64,000 nucleotides of DNA from Leucoraja ocellata (GCA_036785375.1 JAWMAR010000384.1:806001-870000), one strand, 5' to 3'. Shown: positions 12,626 through 24,010, counted from the stretch's first letter. Translations and numbers: made by a program. The notes: generated by a model not told the origin, from the sequence alone.

Positions 12626-13620
12626 TGGTGAAAGGATGAACGGTTAAGTTAATGGATCGCTGACCAGTCATGTTCACTGCTAAACTAATCTAGTTTAATT
12701 ACACTTTAAGGACAATTATTCATGGTAATTCTTTTTCTCACACGCTATTTCCCGTAAACCGCTCTTCACGTTTGTCCCTTGTCAGTTTTGCCAGATAGCT
12801 GGAGTGCCCGTGTTCTATACAACTTTAATTGAATATGGATGTGCTGTGTGTAGAATTCCTGTCGTCCTGTCGTACTACAAAGTCGAAAAAACTCTGGAAG
12901 TGGTCGGTGAGAGCCAATATGACCCCTTTTACTTCACTCATACATGCATTAATTTGGTACAGGCAACCGTTCAACTTTGAGTCGAGGCAAGTTTCGTGAA
13001 TTACTGCGCATTACAATACGAGAGTATCACAGACCGCTTTTCCAAGCACGACACACATCGGGTAGTCAAAATAGCCTCCAAAACTGCAAATTTACGGACA
13101 TCTAATGTCCGTGATGTTCTGTCTCCCCAGGTCCTTTCTAAATGATCTGATACACAAGTAGAAGGGCAGCCTGTGGGGTTTATCATTTATAAAATGACAA
13201 AGATATCTAAATATAGATTCAATGTGCTTTTTAATTAAAAAAAGAAACAATGCTAATGCTGTGACTGTGATCATGTTATGTTCAGCGATACGGAGGTAGA
13301 CAAAAATGCTGGAGAAACTCAGCGAGTGAGGGAGCGAAGGAAATCAGCGATACGGATTCAGCTGGTCCGTTTAAATAAAATATTTCTATTCCGTTTTCAT
13401 TGTTGATTAAACAGTTACCGAATATAATATTTAAAACCCGCAATCTGTTTAGTGTATATATGCGGAGGGTTCATACAGAACATTATAGATTGTTTGTTTA
13501 TAAAGAAGGGACAACTGTGACAATCCTTTTCATTCTGCTGGATGTATGAAGCTTTTTAGAAACACAAGTCTCTAAAATAAGACCTGCGTGTTTCACAGAG
13601 GCGAATATTTTGAGGAAGAA

Positions 13621-13713
13621 TCTGGCAATTTCTGATTGGCTTCGACGAGCATACCGGTTTGATTGGTTTGGATAATTAAACACACGGTGACATATCGTCA
13701 TTCCATTTATAAA
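13621..13713 (+). promoter_or_regulatory. G1 promoter: two inverted CCAAT boxes plus TATA
   Basis: ATTGG at 13635 and 13662, CGTCA half-CRE, TATAAA 13708-13713. Conserved in all four genes. Confidence 0.7.
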
Positions 13714-13789
13714 GAGAGCCAGAGAGCAAGATTACACGCCACTTGTCCTGGAAACTGTCGCCCCATCGGAGCTCAGTCGGTTAATGAAC

Positions 13790-15835
13790 ATGTCTTATTG
13801 GATCCGTGTGGTCGGTGCGTTGGTGTTTTGCGCAGTTTGTGAGTATTTTACTTCCCTGGGCATTATACTTATTTCTGTTCACCAGTAATTAGTTATTACC
13901 TCCCACACTTCAACAAAATTAACATTTTTTTCCCTGATATTTCTCTTATCTCAGACTTAAGCGCGGCCGTTACAGTAACTCAGCCGCCTTCGATGTCCAC
14001 CTCCACGGGACAGAAAATACAAATACCCTGCACCATATCGGGTAGCAGTTCAGGCGCTAACGATGTCTCGTGGTACCAACAGATTCCTGGCAAAAGTCCC
14101 AAGTATCTTTTCTGGTATTATTCCGGCAGCATTTATAAAGGCACGGACATTCCAGACCGTTTTTCCATCTCGGCGTCAGGCAGCTCTGTAACATTCGCAA
14201 TATCTAGCGTTCAATCGGTGGATGCTGCTGACTATTACTGTGCCAAATGGGATAGTGGTTTACATTTCGGTAAAGGAACGAGGCTGGGTATTGGCGGTAA
14301 GTAAAATATATTCTTCGGACAGCGCGCTGTTTTATTTTTTCTTTTAATGCAGATAATGCTTGAAAATAATGTATATACGCGACTAAAATAATGTATATAA
14401 TTGTTTTCACTGATCAGAGCCACATTCCGCCTTCAAAGCATTTCAAAACAACCATGGTCGGAGCAAGAATAACCCATTACAGCGTCAATATTAGATTAGA
14501 AATCGCGCAGCTGCGATTCCAAACAATATATATTTTTACAATTCGCAGAATTACTTAGCGCCGCGCCATGAATTTAATGCACTCGAAAATGTGATGCAAA
14601 TCTTCCATTTTCCAATTTTTCCCCGTCTAATAATGACGCGTACTACCCAGTGCGGATGGTGTCATTTTTCTCGGATTTTGAAATCGTCAATTAGATGAGG
14701 GTTGATGTAGAACTGAAGTTGCATGGAATAGGGTTCGTTCAATAACTTGCAGAAATATTCGCAGTGATTGTCCAGATATGAAAGGAAATTGCTTGGGTAA
14801 CGGGGTTCACCAACGTTAATATTCAACACGGTCAAAATTCCGGTTGGCGGGTTTAACAAGGATATCAAAATGCGAAATGCGAAGAGAAAGTTTCTCACAT
14901 TTCCTTCAGGAATTGTGTTTAATACGTAGAGCAGCTTTTCGTGGGCGCAGCCGTGTATTTCAAATTTAAATGAACATTCGAACTACAATGTCATTCTTGC
15001 TCGTGAACGACATCTACCAATCGGCAACCGTGGCTTTCGAAGACTAGATTCCATATATTTTTGCATAACTTAAATAACGTCACCCGTCATCTCAATGGTG
15101 CCGACAATTAAATAAGTTTAAATCTGTTATTATAAATTTCCCGACCGGGAATCCTTTATATCTGCTGATATATTTATTTAAATGTAAATCCGGAAATGTG
15201 TAGTAAAATGAACATTATAAAAGTTATAATAATGTATTCAGTTTTATAAAATACTGCAGCCATGATCTATCACAGATGGTTTCCCGGTGTTTATACAGAG
15301 GGTAGACAGGATATATTTTAGTTGCTTTCACGCACTTTATTTATTGTTCACCCAATTGAAATAAACACACTATAATGGTTTGAAAAAGGTCGAGAATAAA
15401 ACGACATTTCTATAAATTAATAAATGAGTGCTTTAATGAGATGTATTTTCGGTAAATAATGATATCTCAACGACAGCATTTCTCCAATTAAATGTGACTT
15501 CTTATTAAACAGATCCCCGGGCACCGATCGTGACGGTCCTGCCGCCTTCAGCCAATGAAGTTACCTCAAAGGGCACCGCCACCCTGGTGTGTTTGGTGAA
15601 CGGCTTTAATCCGGGCTCGGTGGCCGTTGAATGGAGCGTCGACGGCAGTGCAAAAAATAGCGGCGTTGAGACCAGCCCGATCCAGCAGGATAAGGACAAC
15701 ACGTTCAGTCTCAGCAGTTACCTGACTCTGACAGCCTCAGACTGGAACTTACACGACCTTTACTCTTGTGTGGTTACACACCAGGCTCAGGCAAACCCAC
15801 TTAAGACAAATATCATGAGATCCAGCTGTACCTGA
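13790..15835 (+). CDS. IgL: Ig light chain gene G1, germline-joined VJ (leader 13790-13838; VJ exon 13955-14296; C exon 15513-15835); type I/sigma-cart(NS5)-like C
   Basis: Leader MSYWIRVVGALVFCAV ends at a GTGAGT donor. Phase-1 acceptor TCAG opens a V domain with the conserved Cys, WYQQ and DYYC motifs, running in frame into the J motif FGKGTRL and a GTAAGT donor. C1-set exon (ATLVCLV...W...YSCVVTH...SSCT*) follows an AAACAG acceptor. No stops or frameshifts after splicing. Confidence 0.95.
14594..14601 (+). promoter_or_regulatory. Octamer motif in G1 J-C intron
   Basis: Perfect ATGCAAAT, but not conserved at the homologous G2 position. Confidence 0.25.
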
Positions 15836-15993
15836 TGTTGGAAACGTGACCTGACTCACCCATTGGGTTCTTCCATGTGACAAAGTTAGTCTTTGTCTTT
15901 CGGAATTTTCATAAAGAAATGCCATTTATAGTTGAAACCTTGATTTTTATTACTTGTTCGCTTTAAATGTACTTCGAAAGAACATCGTTGTTG

Positions 15994-15999
15994 AATAAA
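15994..15999 (+). terminator. G1 polyadenylation signal
   Basis: AATAAA about 160 nt after the stop codon. Confidence 0.65.
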
Positions 16000-16130
16000 G
16001 CATCGTCGATTCAATTGCGTTAACTAAATGCATGTATGTTGCTATTGTACCCAAGGTATTCTTTGCAGACGTTGAGTAAAGTTGTAAAACTATTGTCAAA
16101 TGCATTGCTCATTCTCCTTGATTTATTTCT

Positions 16131-16531
16131 TTAAAAAAAAAAATTAATTTAATTTTATTTTTATTAGAGGTACAGTAAATTACATTAATGCACCACATAA
16201 ATCGTACTACATTTTGATGTACCACTTCGTTTTTCGAGCTTTAAAAAAGGTAGACATAAAAGAAGTAAGGAAAGTGAGCAAGAATCGTGAAGGTGCAGGA
16301 AAGTGTTGGGAGAAGAAAGCCCCTTAGGGAAGAAATTAGAGGGGAAGTAAAGAAAGGAAATAAGACCCTAGAAAGAAAATATTAAACAAAATGGAAAACA
16401 ATCGCTCTATTGTAACACAATACTCCGCAAAAAAGGATATACCAACCGTGTTTTTATTAAACATTTATTTTATACCCCCCATTACCAGATCCTGGTACCA
16501 TTTATATTTTAAATTACTATTGCACCTTATG
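16131..16531 (-). mobile_element. Retroposed insertion with 14-bp TSD in G1 3' flank
   Basis: CTTGATTTATTTCT at 16117-16130 and 16532-16545. A/T-rich end. Single copy of the site in G2, G3 and G4. Confidence 0.7.
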
Positions 16532-18289
16532 CTTGATTTATTTCTGACCCCAAACATGACGACTTAATATGGATTATGTTGTCTTCTACATTTCAGCAAG
16601 AAACGCTGATTTTTTTCCCCTCAAACTCGATCTCGAATTACAATCGGAGAACAGTAGTGAGTTTGCGCCACTCGTCAAGTTATACAATGCGTTCTAAACC
16701 AACCGTGACAAACGTGATCTCAACTCCAATAAGAATCCCCAAAATTGGCCGAAAAATCTCGGCAGGCGAGGCGGCCTGAAGTAAGGAATTGTTTTGATGT
16801 TTCAGGTTGTTCTTTTGGTAAAAAATAAAATAAAAATGTCCCTAGCAACCCCACACCTTCATGGTTTAAAGGATTTGTTAAATATGTTTTCGTTCGTAAG
16901 GCTCACCGTTACATACTGTAAATAAAGGCAAGATATGTGTATACCTGGACATTTACCGGAAACGCCATTAATTCCCAACAAATCAGCAAGATTCTGTAAA
17001 ACTGATGGTTTGTTCCCACCTCCACTTTACTCTATCCACACTATGCACCGCACCTCCATCCTTTATCACCGAAGACATTGACATTAACCGATGACGGGAT
17101 TTGTATTTCAATTCCGCTTAAGCTGTCGTTATCATGCCATGTCCCATCACAATCCCCGCTGTGGAAACAGCAAAGATTGAATCTTCCTGGTCTTGGCATT
17201 TCCATCTGTTCCTCTTGTGTCCAACTATCCATCAATATCAGACGATCAGATATGAATTGTTCCAATGACCGGACATTCAAAGCCACCCAACAGAGAGGAT
17301 TCCAATGATGTACAAATTTCTTCACGAAGACATTCCACTTTATCTCACCCCTACATAGCCAAATCCAGAATTATATTAAGTCCCCAAAACCAGGGTTCCC
17401 TTGTTCATCCCTCTCACAGTAAGTATTTATTTTCAATGAGTTCTCCTCTCTTTCTTCGAAACTCTCAGATAATCTTCTGCAGCCCAATTGAAATATACTG
17501 CCCGGTTGCAGATTAAAGAAACACGTAGTGTGTTGGAAGGAACTGCAGATTCCGGTTTAAACCGAAGTTAGACATAAACAGTTTTAGTAATTTATTCGGG
17601 TTAGGCAGCATCTCTGGATAAAAGGAATAGCTGACGTTTCGGGTCGAGACGCTTCAGATCACAAAGGTCACCTACTACTTTTCTCCAGAGATGCTGCCTG
17701 ATCAGCTTTTTACGTCCATCTTCAAAGAAATACGTAGAGTTTTTATGAATGGTTCAATGGTGCGTTATTCTCGCATCTACCATGGTATAGTGCAAATCAT
17801 TTTATTTACAGTTCAGTACAAGTATCACTATACATAAGCACTTAAATACATCTTAGATAAACATCGCAAATACAGTAAAAGTGTATCGTGGTGGTACACT
17901 GAGACAGTATATAGAGTCGCCAGATTTGGCGCCATTTTCATATCCCAGTTGTTGTTAATGCAGGGTTCTTGACCTGACCATGAAGGTTCGCTGCCCTGGG
18001 AGCGTTGCAGGTTCTTCATCGGCCCTCTTCACCGTCAGGGTAGTGCACTCCCTCCCGCAGTCAGTCTGCTTAATGGCCCTTCCTCCCACTCTATCCTCTC
18101 CGGCCGGCGAGCCGGGCCTTCTGGGTGGGTTCCCTGTCCGGTCCGCGGCACCAGTCCTCGGCGCGAGATCGACTCTGAGAACTCCTCTTGCACTTTTTTG
18201 GTTTATCCTAAATGTATTTGTGTTAACCACACTGCTGCACCTATTAATAAATCAATCAACCTGTCTCAATTGGCGTCCGTACACCGTCT

Positions 18290-18895
18290 GTACTGCAGTT
18301 GTACAGGGTCGTGGTGAGACCACACCTGGAGTATTGCGTACAGTTTTGGTCTCCAAATCTGAGGAAGGACATTATTGCCATAGAGGGAGTGCAGAGACGG
18401 TTCACCAGACTGATTCCTGGGATGTCAGGACTGTCTTATGAAGAAAGACTGGATAGACTTGGTTTATACTCTCTAGAATTTAGGAGATTGAGAGGGGATC
18501 TTATAGAAACTTACAAAATTCTTAAGGGGTTGGACAGGCTAGATGCAGGAAGATTGTTCCCGATGTTAGGGAAGTCCAGGACAAGGGGTCACAGCTTAAG
18601 GATAAGGGGGGAATCCTTTAAAACCGAGATGAGAAGAACTTTTTTCACACAGAGAGTGGTGAATCTCTGGAACTCTCTGCCACAGAGGGTAGTTGAGGCC
18701 AGTTCATTGGCTATATTTAAGAGGGAGTTAGATGTGGCCCTTGTGGCTAAGGGGATCGGGGGGTATGTAGAGAAGGCAGGTACGGGATATTGAGTTGGAT
18801 GATCAGCCATGATCATATTGAATGGCGGTGCAGGCTCGGAGGGCCGAATGGCCTACTCCTGCACCTAATTTCTATGTTTGTATGTTTCTATGTCT
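18290..18895 (+). mobile_element. Young CR1 3' fragment
   Basis: Uninterrupted 164-aa ORF2 C-terminus (RPHLEYCVQFWSP...), 3' UTR and tail. Confidence 0.92.
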
Positions 18896-19383
18896 ATTTT
18901 AACAACAGGTGCAATATCACCTTTATATTCACGATATTCCTGTCACTTGTCACCATTTTGCCCCATGGGCTTGATCTTCCGATGTAAAAAAACGCAATGT
19001 TCTCCTTGCTTAAAACACCTCTATTTGTTTAAGTCTCATCTACCCCATTTTTACCCGATTAGTAAGAAAGTGGTCCCAGCATGATTCTCGTGGCCATGGA
19101 CTCATTGAAATATTGAAACGTTTATTCTATTGCAAAACGTATACCGTCTACGCCAGGCGTTGAACTGCCTTATAAGATTCTGTCGCAGAGCAAATTTGCG
19201 CGGGGCACTGTGAACACTGGGATTATTAACACTGAACATCTTAATTTCAAACCGCGCTCCCAAACTTCTCGTAGAACAAGTCCAGATTTGGCGCTTTGAA
19301 CCTTGCCAGTTCTTAGGCCGACTTAAATGTGTGTGTCATGTCAATTCCGCAACAATATTTCTCCAGAGACACGAAGATGCGTT

Positions 19384-19875
19384 ACATAGAAACATAGAAA
19401 ATAGGTGCAGGAGTAGGCCATTCGGCCCTTCGAGACTGCAATGCCATTCAATATGATCATGGCTGATCATCCAACTCAGTATCCTGTCTCCATACCCCCT
19501 GATCCCTTTCGCCACAAGGGCCACATCTAACTCCCTCTTAAATATAGCCAATGAACTGGCCTCAACTACCTTCTGTGGCAGAGAGTTCCAGAGACTACCA
19601 CTCTCTGTGTGAAAAATGTTTTCTCATCTCGGTCCTAAAGGATTTCCCCTTTATCCTTAACCCGTGACCCCTTGTCCTGGACTTCCCCAACATCGGGAGC
19701 AATCTTCCTGCATCTAGCCTGTCCAACCCCCTAAGAATTTTGTAAGTTTCTATAAGATCCCCCCTCAATCTTCTAAATTCTAGCGAGTACAAGCCGAGTC
19801 TATCCAGTCTTTCTTCATATGAAATTCCTGACATCCCAGGAATCAGTCTGGTGAACCTTCTCTGTACTCCCTCTA
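19384..19875 (-). mobile_element. CR1 3' fragment
   Basis: RRFTRLIPGM..RGDLIETYKI motifs and tail. Confidence 0.9.
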
Positions 19876-20169
19876 AGTCAAGTTCACTCTCCGCTCTGCA
19901 CACCTGACACATACATTGGCGTTCTGCGTCAAAGTTCATAAAACAGAATTAGTTTGCCCTGCTCCATAATACTTCATATTTCTTCTTCATCTATGTAACC
20001 GTGGCTCTAATGGACAATCTTAAATCTGAAACACCCGTGTCACCGCAACCTGGAATCTCATATTTATTTCGTTCACATTTACATCCCCTGGTCACTGTTT
20101 TTTTTAATTAATCTTTTTTTCTTCATCATCTTGGTTTAATTTATTGAGCTTTAGTGAAAACGGTTTTGG

Positions 20170-21960
20170 ATGTGTGCTGACCGGTCAATGAAAGGACTCT
20201 CTATGATTACAATCAAGCCATCCACAATGTACAGATACTGGATCAAGATAAACCATTCAGTGCATGACGAGCTGGACCACCATTGCCTGTGGCAAATTGT
20301 GCTTCCTCAGCTGCCACAGGAAGTACATCCTCTGTTCTGCCTTTTTGACTGTGGAGTCGATGGAACCTAAAAGACTTCCCAGGAAGTTAAAAGGCTTCAC
20401 AGATGGGACGGTGGTGTTGTTGATGATAAGTGGGGTGAGGGGAGGCGGAGATCTCCTAAAGTCTACTATCAATTCCACTGTCTTAAGAGCATTGAGCTCC
20501 AGGTTGTTGCGATGGCACCAGGCCGCCAGCTGTGTCACTTCCTGCTGGCATCTATAGGCAGATTCTTCCCCATCCTAGATTAGTCCAATGTGGGTTGTGT
20601 CACCCGCAAACTTGAGAAGCTCGACAGAGGAGTCGGTGGAGGTGCAGTCATTGATGTAGAGAGATTAGAGGAGAGGGGAGAATATGCAGCCTAGCGGTGC
20701 TCCTATGCTGAGGGATTGCGGGTCCGAGATGTGCTCTCCCAGCCTCACATGCTGCTTCCTGTCTGTCAGGAAGCCGGTGATCCACCGACAGAGGGGTTCA
20801 GGCACAGTCAACTCGGAAAGTTTGGAGTGTAGTAGCTCTGGCACAATGGTGTTGAATGCAGAGCTAAAATCAACAAACAAAATCCTCGCTTAGGTCCCAA
20901 GGCCGTCTAGGTGCTAGAGGATGAAGTGCAGGCCCAGGTTGACTGCGTTATCCACAGATCTATAGGCCCAATATGAAAACTGCAGATGGTCCATTATGGT
21001 ACGTCATAATTTTCAGTTTGTCCAACCCAAGCCTTTCAAGGGCCTTCATGACTACAGAGGTCAGTGCGACAAGCCTGTAGTCAGTAAGACCAGTAATCCT
21101 TGACTTTTTCGGTAAAGGGACAACAGTGGAGACTTTGAAGCAGCCAGGGACAGTATATGTTTGCAGGGACTGGTTAAAAATGTGTGTGTAGACCGGTGCC
21201 AGTTGTTCAGCACAGAGCTTGAGAGTAGAGGGTGAAACATTACCCGGTCCTGGAGATTTCTGGCTTTTCTACCTTCTGAACAGCCTCTCCACCTCCTCTA
21301 TTTTTTTTGTTGATGATGAAGAAGTGATGTTGTGCAGCACGGAGTGGATGGGTAATTGGGCGTGAAGTGGCGATGGGAGAGGGGTGGGTGGGAAAGTCCA
21401 GTTTTTTCAAACTGAAGTCTTGTTTTAAGTTGGTGTGAAGTGGTGATTGGGGAGGATTGGGTGTAGAAAGGTTCAGTCTTTGCAGACTGGGGTCAGGTTG
21501 CGGGTGTGTGTGAAGTGTTGGTTGGGGTGGGGAATGGTCCAGTCTTTTCAGACTGGGGTCTTTCTTTAAGTAGGTGTGAAGTGGTGAATGGGGAGGAGAC
21601 CTTGTAGAAGGGTCCAGTCTTTGTAGACTGGGGTCTGTGTTGGTTGGGGATGGGGGGGCGGGGGGGGGGGGGAGGGGTTACTAGGGTTACATTTCTGCTT
21701 GTCAAACCTGCAGTATAACTCATTCAGGTCGTTGGTCAGCTGACGATTGTCCAAAGAGCGGAGGGGCTTTCCTCGTGTAGCTGGTGATTTCTTGCAAGCC
21801 CTTCCAAACTGAAGAAGAGTCACTAGCTGAGAACTTGCTCCTCAACTTCTCAGAGTACCTTTCCTTGGCAGCTCTGATTCCTCTTCTCAGCTTGTACGTT
21901 GCCTGCCTGTAGAGGCTGCATCACCGCTCCTGTAGGCTTCCTCTTTAGGCTGTCGGAGGT
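20170..21960 (-). mobile_element. Rex1/Babar non-LTR retrotransposon, degenerate
   Basis: FVDFSSAFNTIVP..LCRWITGFLTDR..SPLL and WCHRNNLELNALKTVELIVDFRR motifs. Confidence 0.85.
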
Positions 21961-23177
21961 GATGCTGGTGGCTCAGCAAGGTGGCGTGGTACAGGTGAAG
22001 TCCAAGTAAGGTAGATTGGTTTGCGTGATGGCCTGGGCTATGTCCACAACTGTCTGCAATTTCTTGCGGATTTTTGATGGAGCTGTTCTCAAACCATGTT
22101 GGGTACACGTCAAACTTGCCGAGCCTCCTAAGGGAATAAAGGTGTTGTGTGCATCCTTGGCGATTGCTTCCGTATGGCTGGTCCAGGACCATTTGCTGGT
22201 GATACCTTGCAAACAACTATATAATAATGCGGAAGATAGACACAAAATACTGGAGTAATTCCGCGAGTCATTTCGCATCGTCAGCAAAAAAGGATGGATG
22301 ACAGCTCCTGCAGCAAACGTTCAATGCAAACCAGCAAATTCAGCTGTTTTGCGCATTCTATACATTATTATGCGTCTGTTGGTCTTGTCTGCCTTATAAG
22401 ATCATAAGTGTTAAGATCATAAGTGATGGGTGCAGAATTAGGCCATATGACCGATCAAGTTTACTCCCCATATAGGCTATGGGCCGAGGCGCTTTATTCC
22501 AGTGTTTCGTGACCCAAGTCACATAACTACATTAAATTTTCACACATTGTGTAAAAAATATATATAAATCACCCCTGAAACTCGTCATGAACAAGACTTG
22601 CACATTTTAATTAAATTAGAGGAAAAATTGGAAATAATTCGGGAATTTGTAGTCTAATCAAAGCACGTTTAACATTGAGTTGTCTGCCAGTTGGCCAATC
22701 ACGCGCTTTGTTTCAGGCTAGCCACACAGAGCGGGCTTCACTGATGCCTGTTTTTTTACTGGAGATTCCGATGAAGGTTCTTTGTCGTGGAAACTTGCAG
22801 CAGGGTAATTGAATTTAGTGAGAAAAGCATTAAGAAGTCTGAATTATATGTGCAGCTAAGTGGATAGAAGTGGAAGAAAGTCTTGAAAGCAAAGTCCATG
22901 AAAGGTAAGATCTAAAGTCTGTCCGTAGTGCCGTCCTTAGTGCCGTCCGTAGCGGCCGTTTCCAGGAAAACGGAGGAATATATATATCTGGAATATATAT
23001 AGGTTAATTATTATTATACCTATATATTATATTATTATAATATTATTATTATTATATTATCATATATATTATATTATTATACCTATATTACTATCTGGAA
23101 TATATATAGGTATAATAATATATAGTTGAAATGGACTGCAACACGGAAATAGGCTGCCCATCGTTTAACATGGGCAT

Positions 23178-23196
23178 TGGCCACTAGATGGCGCTT
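23178..23196 (+). promoter_or_regulatory. CTCF-consensus motif between G1 and G2
   Basis: TGGCCACTAGATGGCGCTT fits the CCASYAGRKGGCRS core with no mismatch. Confidence 0.5.
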
Positions 23197-23479
23197 ACTT
23201 TCCCGATCTTATTTTCTAATTAATGAATGTGCAACTTTCGGCCATGACGAGTTAGGACTTCCTTCTCAATTATATTTCATCTAAATCTGTGGAAAGTTTC
23301 ATGCAGTTTTGATGACTTGGGTCACACATTTTTGATGCTCGGCCCACAGCCTAATAAACTGTGTTTAAGAAGGAACTGCAGATGCTGGAGAATCGAAGGT
23401 GCACAAAAACGCTGGAGAAACTCAGCGGGTGCAGCAGCATCAGGTGCACCCGCTGAGTTTCTCCATCTTTTTTGCCTAA

Positions 23480-24010
23480 TAAACTGTGATACCCGCACTA
23501 ATCATGCATTTATCTATCTCTTAAAATTAGCCACTGCCTTGGCCTCCACAGCCTTCTGTGGCAAATAATTCCACCGATTTACCAATAAATTCTTCCTCAT
23601 CTCCTTCCTAAAAGAACGGTCTTTAATTCTGTGTCTCGTCCTGGACTCACTACTACTGGTCACATCCGCTCCACATCCACACCATCCAAGCCTTTCACTA
23701 TTCTGTACGTTTCAATGAGGTCCCATCTCATTCTTCTAAACTCCAGCGAGTACAGTCCCAGTGCCGTCAAACGCTAATTAGATGTTAACCCACTCATTCC
23801 TGTGATCATTCTCGTAAACCTCCTCTGGACCCTTTCCAGAGGCAGCACTTCCTCAGATACGGTGCACAACATTGCTCACAATATTCCAAATCCGACCCGA
23901 TCGGCGCATTATTGAGCCTCAGCATGACATTCCTGTTTTCGTATACAAGCCCTCTCCAAATAAATGTTATCATTGCGTTTGCTTTCTCTACTACCGAATC
24001 CACTTGCGAA
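23480..24010 (-). mobile_element. CR1 3' fragment
   Basis: KANAM..LEYCEQC.APYLRK motifs. Confidence 0.8.

Noticed and set aside
14297-14304. In-frame stop right after the J donor in all four genes (GGK*)
   Set aside because: Largely a consequence of the GTAAGT donor consensus; not evidence by itself for a V-only product.
13790-15835. VJ joining explained as processed pseudogenes or a somatic B-cell rearrangement
   Set aside because: Introns and promoters are intact, and four paralogs share the same junction architecture.
19206-19212. CACTGTG heptamer between G1 and G2
   Set aside because: No good nonamer at 12 or 23 nt spacing and no adjacent V or J coding sequence.
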